From contig NC_087249.1 in the NCBI RefSeq assembly GCF_037042905.1, positions 8,806,001-8,870,000 on the forward strand: 64,000 nt of DNA, read 5' to 3'. Positions 50,767 to 62,965 of the stretch are shown here, piece by piece. The DNA is from Lytechinus pictus (taxonomy: Eukaryota). A program made the position numbers and the translations under genes. The notes below the pieces were generated by a model. It was not told the DNA's origin, searched no databases, and saw only the letters and a program-made list of their open reading frames with translations. How positions within the stretch are numbered: the first letter of the stretch is position 1; the number at the start of each line of letters is the position of its first letter.

Positions 50767-53700
50767 TCAGAGTTCCCTCTTCCATAATGCAAGCGACTGT
50801 GACTGCATCAGTCTGAATATTTGATCATGAAAATACATGCAAAAATATTGTTTTAAGGGTAAAAGGAAGTAGTTGCAGCAATCAATTTCATGAGAAAATC
50901 TTTTAAATCAAGGTAAATTGTCAAAATATTATCATACATCTAGATCTAGTACATTAATGGAAACGTATCTTTTGTGAAATCATTAAATCTGAACTCAAAA
51001 GTGATAATTCTGACGATCACTAACACAGAAAAGGATATGTGGGACAGTGTATTGATATTGCTTCGAATTAAGTCACCCAAGGACACATACCGCCTTCACT
51101 CGGGAATTCAAATTCAAATCAGTTTTCGAGCAAGCGTGTGAAAGGTCCCGATGATTCTAAAGACGAATTGCAATCATAATTGCAATGATGATTCAAAATT
51201 CACGTGGGGAAAAGGCCCGAAGTAATGTACAATGTAACCTACTTCTAGTTTGTAACATGGCATTGCAAACATTGTCAGAATAAATCCTTTCAGCCTATCA
51301 CGGCCTAAACAAAAGCACACATGTACATGTAATTTTCTTTCTCTTGCCATCAATCAAAAATGAGAAAATTCAATCTCTAAAGTAAAGGACCCATGAAAAT
51401 TATAGCCTAAATGGCAATACATGTAAGCAATAATCTGTTATACCAGAGCAAAGAGTCATGCTCAATTTTCCCCCTTGCCATCAATCAAAAAAGAAACACC
51501 ATTCTCCAATCTGGGTACATATACATCAAACATGTATTTTAAATGGAAACAAGATTTCAAGTAACTGAGTGAAATATTAAGCAATTTTAGAAATCATACG
51601 TGACAAAGACGACTGGTACGAGATGACATAATTTTAAGGCATTGCACATGCGTCAAGTCCTCACCCTCGATGACTATAAGAATTGAGAACCCCGCCACCT
51701 CTATTCTGCTGTTCTACTAAATCATAGTCGACGTTCACGTGAGTGACGTCATTTCAACCGCTCAAGCTCAGAATGAAGATCAATTGCAACAGATCTTTTT
51801 CCTTAGAAAACAATTTTCAGTGAATTTTCACAAAATTAATGTAAGTTGTACGATGCACTATGTTAATCATATTTGAAATTGCTTTCTGAATTCCAAAATA
51901 TATATCGTTATATCTCCTAACTCACGTAAAAAGAAATTAAAGCAAGTGTGCAAAGTTGCACCTTCGCATCAACCGACCAGGTCGTGGTGCGATGGTACGC
52001 CAGATCTTCAGGGTTGGGCAGCACATGTCATGACCCGCTAGTTATCACGATGTGTTTTATGTGGACATACATGTACGTACACGTACAAGTCGAGTGAAAT
52101 CTAAAATATTTGTATCTGTAGTGAATATAGACAGACGGCTACATGTACGTTGACACACATGATCAGTCGACTGATACGCCGTTCTCGTTCACTTATTCTA
52201 AAACTCCCTATTCTGGTCTTTGACGGATATCGCATGGTCAGTTATATCGTGGACCTATGGTTATATACATGTATTTGGCAAACACACTAGATAGTTTCCT
52301 AGTTACATAGTATAGGGTGCTAATTACATGTATTTGTGACTGATACTCATTGAAATACAGCCCATTGTTGATTTTTATCATTGTATCCCCCCCCCCTACA
52401 TTCAATGTCTCTCTCTCTCCTTCTGTTCTACCAATCCCTCCATCCTTTCTGACCGTCAATTCTGTTGATGTGCTTATTCCGTGTCTACATTAGAAATTCT
52501 CATTCTCTGCTTTTAATCCTGCGACCTTGAAGAATTTCATGTACAAGTTCTCATAATTTTGATAAGCACAGACTGACTCGCAGGTATTTTCTTTCAGGAA
52601 AATATCTTGTTTCACACTGGAAAAAATATCTTTTCTCATTGGGAAGGTGTAAAAGCACCAAAGTTAAAGATGTAGGGTAAACTTTGTATCTTGGGTAGCA
52701 ACTGTTGACCTATATCTTGTCCAGTTTGACCTTAACCAAACTTGACAGAATTTCTCACAGAAATGGGCACCACTAGAGTGATTAGTTTACACAAATCTCT
52801 AAAGGCCTGTTCTAAGTACAAACATTCATGATACAATGATTGTACTGAATGGCTGCATACAAATAAGAATGAAATACAAGTTATTTGTAATTTCAGGATT
52901 TTCTCTTATTAATTGTTTATGGATTGAGCCACATGTACATGTAGGCAGAATTCAAGCTCAGATATTAAGGCAGTAGTATGTAGGCCTTCATACATTGTAG
53001 AGGAAGTCGAAAGGGACGACTGGATAAATTATTGAAATGAAAATATCAGACTTTTTTCTATTTATTCAGCTTAAATGCTGTTGCACAAGTAACACTTAAA
53101 ATAATTAAAGATTGCTTTCTAAATTTACAGCATTTTTTATACTCATAAACCTGCACCAAAGAGCTGTAAAACCAATTTTGCTACATGCAGTGCAGTCTCT
53201 TGAAATAAACTCCATAACTTCATTCCCGGGATGACTTCACACTTTGGTAACAAAACTTGGGCCTCGATGGATCGATGTTATTAAATTCATGCAACCTTAT
53301 TTTTATGCTCCCACATGTTTCATACAGAGTATCATCATCAGTATTTCATGAGCTGCATCTCAATTCCCTAAGTGTCAACCTATCTGATGGATAATGGCTG
53401 GCAGTGTGGACAGGCCCACTCAAGGAGTGTTGCCATCTCTTGATGTTCCATTGACACCCCTTTCACTGAGTATTATAGCTCCTATAGAAGGGGCTGCATT
53501 CAAGTAATTTTCTAAATCAAGCGGGAATCACAAAGTGAATCATAATTCAAGACATACACGTAAACACGAATATCGTTACAAATGGATGGATTGCGTTTAA
53601 GCGAGTTTTCAATCATGCTGATTTGTCCCCCATTTCATGCCCATCTATTTACACACTGTGCAATAATGGAAGTCAGTCGTCACGATGACATTACTTATTC

Positions 53701-54381
53701 GTGATTAAGTTCTGTCGCATCCAAGCAATTTTTAGTGACCATTGCTCTGTACAACCGCCTTTCAAAACACTTTTGTTTTCAGTGTTTCATTTTCAGGTTT
53801 TGACAGGCATTCATCTTTACAACAGATGAACCTAACCACGGTTTAAACTATTAAAATTTCTTTAAAAATCATGTTGCTAGGGTACAAGACTAAAGAGTCG
53901 ACTGAACGCAGCACATCACAAGTCATGAATACATCAATTTTCCCAGAACTGGAAATAGACTTCATATCAATGTACGTCGTCGTCGAGTGGATGCTATTAA
54001 GATTCCATTTCTTTCCTGTTCAGATCGGGGGACATTTTGCAAGGCACATTGTCCATGACTTCCATGAGAAGGAAACTGTTATAAGCTACTAAAATCATGT
54101 CATCCGATTGGCTGATACCAAATTTATCAGTGAAAAATTTAAAATCAAAGACAAGAAGCGCTCTTCTCATGCTTGCCTATCTGCATTCATGAACTAGATC
54201 TAAAAAAAGCAAAATCACAATCGTTTTTCCGGAGATAGATATAATCACCAATTTGTGACAGCAATGCATGCACACACAACTACAGATTTCTTCCAATCGA
54301 TTTAAAATGAATTCAATATTCCCGATCATTCCTGTGAATGAATGAGGGGGGGGGGATAGACCACTCAGATTTGATTCTTAA

Positions 54382-54966
54382 AGGGATGGTCCGGGCTGAA
54401 AGTATTTACAGCTTAATAAATAGAGTAGAATTCACTGAGCAAAATGCCGAAAATTTCATCAAAATCGGATAACAAATAACAAAGTTATTGCATTTCAAAT
54501 TTTAGCAATATTTTGTGAAAACAGTCATCATGAATACTCATTAGGTGGGCTGATGATGTCACATCCCCACTTGTTCTTTTGTATTTTATTATATGAAATT
54601 AGGTTTATTCAAATTTTTTCCTCCAAGAACTAGAAAAATTGGAATGACAACTGATAATAGTGCATTAGATATTTATTGCTGCAACTTATTTCATTATAAG
54701 ACATATTATTCACACAAGTACATGTATGAAATAATGAAAAAATTATGATTTTATGTAATAACATTTAAACGGAAAGTGGGGATGTGACATCATTAGCCCA
54801 CATAATGAATATTCATGACGACTGTTTTCACAAAATATTGCTTAACTTTAAACTTCAATAACTTTATTATTTGTTATCCGATTTTGATGAAATTTTCGGC
54901 ATTTTGCTCAGTGAATTCTACTCTATGTATTAAGATATATAAATATTTTCAGCCCGGACCATCCCT
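54382..54966. mobile_element. MITE family B, opposite orientation to 45611
   Basis: TTAA|AGGGATGGTCCGGGCTGAAA ... TTTCAGCCCGGACCATCCCT|TTAA. Confidence 0.9.
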
Positions 54967-55289
54967 TTAATGGTTTTGTCACATACTCACGTGCCACCTA
55001 ACCCATCCCATTTGAACAATCTTTTTGTCAGAAAAAGTACTCAGGATTATTTTATTAGATACTTTTTTTTTTTAAACAAATAGAGTGGAAAATTATAATC
55101 ATATATATATATCAGACAATCTCATTATATGTCATGTATAGACATTTGGGAATGAAAAAGTAGTTCACAATCTTCTGCCTTCCAGTCAGTGAATAGCCAA
55201 ACAACTTTTCAACTTTTTTTTTTTTTGCACTTGGACACTACCTGTATCTACATCAGAATTTGCATATTCCAACAAAAATTTGACCTTTT

Positions 55290-56450
55290 TTTGAAAATCA
55301 GTGAATACATGTATTTGCGCTTTGGCTTGGGATAATTTATTATAATGCCTTTCAAATACGGAGCCTATGTTGGGCATGCACTGTACATGAGGCTTTCACA
55401 TGATCTGGTGAGAACTCTCATGACTCGAGCTGAGGAAATGGTTTTCCTAACAAACACAGGCTGATGAAGAATCGTCCAGTGTGCTGGATCAAGGGATGAG
55501 TTTCTATTTTCTCCCCACAATGCCGAGCATAACTGATTTTACATTGCATAGAAATTAATGAATAAATGTATTGGCCATTGGCGGGGAATAATTCATTCAC
55601 AATACCATACCATCTTTAACGCCTTTTAAATATGGAGCATATGTCGGGCATGCACTGTACATGAGGCTCTCACATGATTTGGTGAGAACTCTCATGACTC
55701 GGGCTGAGGAAATGGTTTTTCTGAATCTAAAGCAAACACGGGCTGATGAAGAATCGTCCAGTGTGCTGGATTTGGATGACTCTTTATTATCTGGCATCTG
55801 GCTATCAGTGAGAACGGATGAGTTTCTATTTCCTCCCACAATGCCAAGCATGATTGATTTAGAAAATTAGTGAATACATGCATTTGGGCTTTGGCGGGGG
55901 ATAATTTATTATAACGCCTTTCAAATATGAAGAATATGTCGGGCATGCACTGTACATGAGGCTCTCACATGATTTGGTGAGAACTCTCATGACTTGAGCT
56001 CAGGGAATGGTTTTTCTGAATCTAAAGCAAACACGGGCTGATGAAGAATCGTCCCGTGTGCTGGATTTGGATGACTTTTTATTATCTGGCATCTGGCTAT
56101 CAGTAAGAACGGATGAGTTTCTATTTCCTCCCACAATGCCAAGCATGATTGATTTAGAAAATTAATGAATACATGCATTTGGGCTTTGGCGGGGGATAAT
56201 TTATTATAACGCCTTTCAAATATGAAGAATATGTCGGGCATGCACTGTACATGAGGCTTTCACATGAGATAGTGAGAACTCTCATGACTCGGGCTGAGGA
56301 AAATGGTTTTTTCTGAATCTAAAGCAAACACAGGCTGATGAAGAATCGTCCAGTGTGCTGGATTTGGATGACTTTTTATTATCTGGCATCTGGCTATCAG
56401 CAAGAACGGATGAGTTTCTATTTCCTCCCCACAATGCCGAGCATGACTGA
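55290..56450. repeat. tandem array, 295-bp unit, about 4 copies
   Basis: CACTGTACATGAGGCT at 55379, 55653, 55948 and 56243 (spacings 274, 295, 295). Confidence 0.92.
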
Positions 56451-57290
56451 TATCGATAGCTTTCAGCCGTAAATCATACAATCCTCCATATATCAATCCC
56501 TGTTCTACTCATTCTCACTTCAGACCACGTTCACACTGTTGGACAAGCCACGGCCTTTGTACACGATTTCCACCTGTAAATTAGATGGGTGATTTACCAA
56601 ATACACGTATAATCGGGGAGTAGCCTAGATGGGCCTATAGGCTTTTTGCTATTCGCTCACATTCCATTCACTATGCATTTTGTTGTTTTTGTTATTTTGT
56701 CAAAATTATTCATTCTTCATTGTTATTTTACTCTGTTATTATGGAATCATTTCATTGATTTTATCTCCATGTACTGTATCTTATTTGTTTTTAAAGATAG
56801 TTGAATTTGAATTTGAATATATTTGTTTCTGAGAATATAAGTTGACACGGGATGGTACTCTGGAGAAAAATTAATCTACAGTGTACAATAAACAAAACCC
56901 AGGTTGACGGAGATGGGCCAACTGAAATAATTCATCTTGTTCTTTATATTATAACCAGAATCCATGTAGACAGGGAGTTTAATTCACTCTGATTAACTTC
57001 CAGTCAGATGCAAGGCTTTGCGAGCACCGACAGAGCGACATGTTGAAATGTCAGCGGTACATAATATCTTGACATTTCAATCAAACTAACAAGAGCATTA
57101 CCAGTGCTGACGGGATCAATAAGAAAACGAAACATTTTTATACTGTATCTAAGAACAAAATCAAGTCCTTGTATTAGTGTACATGTTGCCGTTTCAATTG
57201 TTGTCATTTTAAATCCCAACAGTATGCTACTGAATAAAATAGCCTATGTTTTTAGGGCGAGCAGGGCTAGTCCTCTCTTTGAGTGAGTGA

Positions 57291-57735
57291 GGCCGTTCTC
57301 ATTACGCTTTCTAAAACTAGTTTACTGGAAACCGATTCAGGAAACCACTTTGGAAGATCGCTTTGCTAGCTTTCCCACTTGATCACACGAAAGTGGTTTT
57401 CAAAATCACTTCACGTAAAGCACTCTTGTTGCTATGGAAACGCTCTCATTGGGGTGACACGTTTCACGCAAAATTCGAAACCGCAGCATGGGCATTCTAC
57501 ACCTGTCGTGTGGAGTAGCGCGCTCAAAATGTGCAAAGATCGCTTCCCGAAGAACGGTTGTGTCCTCACTTACACTAAAACCAGTTTAACAAGGCAAAGC
57601 GATCTTGAAAACTACATCGCGAGGTGGTTTTCCAAACTGGTTTGGAAGATCGCTTCCAAGACCGCTTCGACCGTTCTCACTACGCGTTAAACTAGTTTCC
57701 AGTAAACTAGTTTTAGGAACGTAGTGAGAACAACC
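57291..57735. mobile_element. MITE family D (inverted relative to 50307)
   Basis: Reverse-complement near-identity; the two 103-aa ORFs in the track are its by-product. Confidence 0.85.
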
Positions 57736-57770
57736 TCAATGAGTGAGTCAGCCCACTTTGTGAATATCAG

Positions 57771-57933
57771 GGGCCCGTTTCATAAAGGACTTGCAACTGT
57801 TACTGTTGTAACGTTGTCATAATGGCAACAACCATGGTAACCTTGATTCTGATTGGCTGCTGAGCCCTGTTACCATGGAAGTTGCCATAATGACAACGTT
57901 ACAACAGTTGCAAGTCCTTTATGAAACGGGCCC
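57771..57933. mobile_element. 163-bp near-perfect palindromic MITE (Harbinger-like)
   Basis: CAG|GGGCCCGTTTCATAAAGGACTTGCAACTGTT ... AACAGTTGCAAGTCCTTTATGAAACGGGCCC|CAG, with a 3-bp TSD CAG. Confidence 0.85.
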
Positions 57934-59295
57934 CAGGTTTTGATGATTTTTATATTGATAATATAGAGACAGAAAAAGTAACAATCACTAACATAACATA
58001 ATCATAATGGTGCTGCTTTGTATAGCACACTGACTGTCCAAAGATGCTCACGGCTCTATCCCAGCAATAGTTCATTTCTAAAGATTCTATTAAAAGGTAT
58101 ATCAGACCCAAATTTCACAAAGTAATATTTTACTATATGCACATACATGGCAGAGTGGCAAAAGATAACAAGTATTAAAGACAAGAGAGAGGGATGAGAA
58201 TTGAGAGAAATGGAATGAGAAAGGGCAAAGTTTTACTAATGAAAGATGAGAGGGATCCCAAGCTACACAAGCTGGCTAGAATGATACCCTCGAGAATGAT
58301 ACAAGCCAGCCTGATTCATCTTGAATTAGAATTGCATTCATCACAATTTATGTCATGTACAGATAGTTCTTTTCTGCATCTTCCCCCCCCCCCCCAAAAA
58401 AAAAAAAAAAAAAAAAAAAGAGGATGTACACAGGCCCTAAACTTTAACGTATTTCACTATTTTTCAGAAGGGTTTTTATGAAAATAATTAAATAAGAAAA
58501 TCTACAAGCAGCAAATTAATTATACTGACTTATATCAAAAGTCCTGTACATGCACTTCATTGGTGTAATGAAATCTGAAAGAACCAGTAATAGTTTGAAG
58601 GAAAAGACTTGTGAAAATGTGAATTTCTGAAAGTGAACACCATTGGCATCAACATGTTTCATGTACCTCTCCAAAATAGGCATATTAATCCATAGAAATC
58701 CTATACTGTAATGTAAGCTTCCCATCAATAATTGTATGAAATTTATGTTGCATAATGCTAGAAATAACTTATCATTATATAATGGCAAGAATGTTCCACC
58801 CACATTCATTGGAAATTTAATTTCACATTGTAAATGATTCTTGAAGTCTACAAAATTCCAATCCCTAATTTTTCCACACTTTTGTTTTTGTTGTTGTTGT
58901 TCACGTGGTAAATAAACCATGAAACTCTGTGTTACAACAATGAATGAGGACAGTTGATATCTTTATATAGAAAGGATGGTAAAAAAAACTTATATTTTGT
59001 GCTTTGGGAATAACTTTGATTTAAAGCAGAGACAGCATGAGTCATTTCACTAATACCCCTGCCCCTTACTTTCTCCATAGACACCTATCACTCAACCTCT
59101 ACCATGTCTACATTTTACACATTTATTTTTTATGCTTTCATTTACCACCCCCCCCCCCCCACCTCCCGTTCCACTTTCTCCCCAGACCCCCTTACTCTCT
59201 GCCTCTATCACATCGACATACATTGATTTTTAATGCTCACTTGATACTGATCGTTCTGATCAACACACAAGCTGGACCATCTCCTGGTACAGTAA

Positions 59296-59707
59296 CAGAG
59301 ATGCCAAGTTAAAAAAATGTTATGCGTGAGATTTTCATGACTCGGCGTCTCTGCGCGCGGGCAGCCAGTACTTACACTTGTACGTTTCGAAAAGGCGCGC
59401 GCGCGTTGCGAGATATGGGCTTCATCATGATATCGATCCATACTACAAAACTATGCGATGCACGCACACAATTCATCGTATCACGTACTAGCTGTGCGCT
59501 GACTGCACTCTCGATTCGTCTCACGTGCCGGGGTAGACCCGACGGCGTGCCAAGGCGGTCGGCCATTGCGTATAATCTAGCGAATAATGCTACTTTTTTT
59601 TCTGTCGGGTCCAGATGCGTGAAAAAAATGGGTGCCATGCGTGAGATCGTGAGACGGACCCTGGATGCGTGAGTCTCACGCACAATGCGTGAGACTTGGT
59701 AGCTCTG
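59296..59707. mobile_element. 412-bp TIR element related to the CAGAGATGCCAA family
   Basis: CAGAGATGCCAAGT / ACTTGGTAGCTCTG (12/14 match), flanking direct repeat CAGTAA, repeated TGCGTGAG subterminal motifs. Confidence 0.75.
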
Positions 59708-60548
59708 CAGTAAACTACGAGTGTACTTGATTTTTATTTTCAACTTGCAATTTGCCTACAGTATGTCTGTATGCTATACATGTACCCTGTGGTCTTCAAA
59801 TCTTCAAGTTCAACATATCTCTCAACAACTTGTGGATTTACTCTCCAGATTTTCTGTAATGGGTATGTTGTGTTTTCAAGGATCTATGTCAAATTATTTG
59901 TCTAGGATGGTTGGAGGCTGCGTCAACATCTTGCAGAGGCATTTTTCCGTGATCTCGACATTTCATTTTTTGTAAGAAGATGAGGCTGTTTTGTTCTTGT
60001 CATTCTTCTATTTGTTTTAATTGTTTACTTTGGCAGTGTTTACTTGTCAGTTGGTTCGAGCTCTTGAATGATGGGAAGATGAATGACTCCAAAACTTTCA
60101 GGACATCTGCTGGCTTGAACTTAACAGGTTCTTTTCATCACACCTTAACCTAATATTGAAGACAACTTTATGGTTTACGAACCATGGATCCATGCATAAC
60201 TGAAACCAATAATGAGAACATTGCCACCTACTGTCCAGGCTTTCATGAAAACTTTGATAAATATTGGGGTGGATAAATGGAATTATTATTGTAAACATTT
60301 TTGTTACAATTATCAAACAACAGTACGTGTATGGAGATCCAAGTGGTCAAGACTATTGAAAAGGATGAAAATGGCTACCAACTTTTCAATTGGAAAGATA
60401 CTTAAATAACTCAAGATAAAATAGCTTGAAAACAAAATATTACAATAAAACAGAATGCATTCATAAATACAATGAAAAGAGAATGACTTTGATGAAAAAT
60501 GTAACAAGTAGAGAAATAAAATTAAATTAAAAGAAAATGGATACGTAC

Positions 60549-61298
60549 CAAATGGCTTCCACAGTTAGGATCGTTGCCGACAGACGGAGTCCTCTTACAC
60601 CACCATCCAGAGTCTTGGGCATAAGCCGATAAAATAAGTAATGGTAAGAATCCTAACGTAACCCATGCTTCCCAGATGTCCACAACTCCTTTTGAGCTCC
60701 ATAAGACCACAATAAGAATCCAAACATATGCAAATAATGACCATAGAGTTGTTATCAAAAACACTCCAAATTCTTTAATTTTCTTGGCTTCCGGCGAGGG
60801 AACACTGACGACACAAACAGCCGTGATCATTAGAAGATTAAAAGCGGCACTGCCGATGATGGTGAAGGTCCCTAAGCTGTCCCTCCCATCGGGCAGTTCT
60901 GTGATGTTTTGCAAGGTCTCAACGGTGTTGAGTAGGATCTCCGGCGCGCTGCTCCCAAGCGCCATCAGAGAGAGGTTGGCGACAGTTTCGTTCCAGACGA
61001 GAACCTCTTTCTTGACGTGGACCTTGCGCTCCGCGTCGTATTTGATGATCGTCTTCTGCTTGCTGGTGATGACCTCGATGCTGCACATGAAGACATCGCT
61101 GATGATGGCAATGCCGATGAACAGATAGAACATTGCGAGGAGGTACAGGGTGACTCGCAGCCATACTGGCCAAAGGTTCTCTGCAGGCAGGAGAAGCCAG
61201 CTAGAACATCTTGTCCTGTTCTCTCGCACGTACTCCACCACGTACCCGCGAGAGTAGTTGTCATAGTAAGCAATATGATCCATGAAAAGGGGATTCAT
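60549..61298 (-). CDS. SLC8A: Na+/Ca2+ exchanger (NCX, SLC8 family), first large coding exon: TM1-TM5 with alpha-1 repeat
   Basis: The ORF carries NCX hallmarks: [63 protein letters not shown] and WSLFAYVW...WEAWVTL. The exon is bounded by acceptor ttcattcaattatgcag|ATT (starts 61367) and donor TTG|gtacgt (ends 60549, phase 0). The first in-frame ATG is at 61298; 61299-61367 is also open, so the CDS may extend upstream. Paralog not assignable. Confidence 0.95.
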
Positions 61299-61647
61299 GA
61301 TGGGCACTATCTGCTTCCGCGAGCAACGCAACTCAGCTGAACATGATTGTCTGGTAGTGGCTTGAATCTGCATAATTGAATGAAAATAAAGAACATACAA
61401 TCATAGGACAGTAAGGAGAAAATTCCCATATAGCTCATTCCCAATTCACAAATTGAAACAATGAATACCATCAGGTAGGTACAAAGAAAAGCAGTTTGTA
61501 CTTTAAAGTTTAATTATTTTCTTGAAAAAAAACATGAAAAATGGTTTCATTATGTATTCAATTGTGGTGATGTTTCCTTCATCAAGTATAATAACTCAAT
61601 AAAAGGGCTGCAATGGGGTATACAAAGGGATAGACAACGAAAACAAG

Positions 61648-62965
61648 TATCATCATCATAACCATCACCACCACCACTATCAATACCACTATTGTTATCA
61701 TCACTATCATCATCATCATCATCACTATCATCATCAACATCACCACCACCACCATTACTGCCATAACTATCATCATTATCACAGTCACCACTGTCATCAC
61801 TATCATTACAATACCACCTTGTTACATGTATCACAATTATCATCACCATCATCACCATTACCGCCATCAATAGCATCATTACTACCACCACCATAATCAC
61901 CATCACCACTACCACCATCAATAGCATCATTACTACCATCATCATCACCATCACCACTACCACAACCAATAGCATCATTACTACCACCACCATCATCACC
62001 ATCACCACTACCACCACCAATAGCATCATTACTACCACCACCACCATCATCACCATCACCACTACCACCACCAATAGCATCATTACTACCACCACCATCA
62101 CCATCACCACTACCACCACCAATAGCATCATTACTACCATCATCATCACCATCACCACTACCACCACCAATAGCATCATTACTACCACCACCATCATCAC
62201 CATCACCACTACCACCACCAATAGCATCATTACTACCACCACCATCATCACCACTACCACCACCAATAGCATCATTACTACCACCACCATCATCACCATC
62301 ACCACTACCACAACCAATAGCATCATTACTACCACCACCACCATCATCACCATCACCACTACCACCACCAATAGCATCATTACTACCACCACCATCATCA
62401 CCATCACCACTACCACCACCAATAGCATCATTACTACCACCATCATCATCACCATCACCACTACCACCACCAATAGCATCATCACTACCACCATCATCAC
62501 CATCACCACTACCACCACCAATAGCATCATTACTACCACCACCACCATCATCACCATCACCACTACCACCACCAATAGCATCATTACTACCACCATCATC
62601 ATCACCATCACCACTACCACCACCAATAGCATCATTACTACCATCACCATCATCACCATCACCACTACCACCACCAATAGCATCATTACTACCATCACCA
62701 TCATCACCATCACCACTACCACCACCAATAGCATCATTACTACCATCATCATCACCATCACCACTACCACCACCAATAGCATCATTACTACCACCACCAT
62801 CATCACCATCACCACTACCACCACCAATAGCATCATTACTACCATCATCATCACCATTATCAATACCACCACCAATAGCACCATTACCATCATCACCACC
62901 ATTACAATCATCATCACCATCACCATCAATACTACCATTACCACCATCATCATCACCACCACCAG
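61648..62965. repeat. triplet-derived minisatellite, about 20 units of 45-54 bp plus degenerate (CAT/CAC)n flanks
   Basis: Unit CCACCACCAATAGCATCATTACTACCACCACCATCATCACCATCACCACTA; 20 DAI motifs in the 408-aa reading. Confidence 0.95.

Noticed and set aside
55290..56450. Hammerhead ribozyme (retrozyme) or CRISPR-like reading of the 295-bp array
   Set aside because: CTGATGA is not followed by stem II plus GAAA, and there are no unique spacers or cas genes.
60676..61340. Plus-strand and alternative-frame ORFs overlapping the NCX exon
   Set aside because: Shadow ORFs of GC-rich coding sequence.
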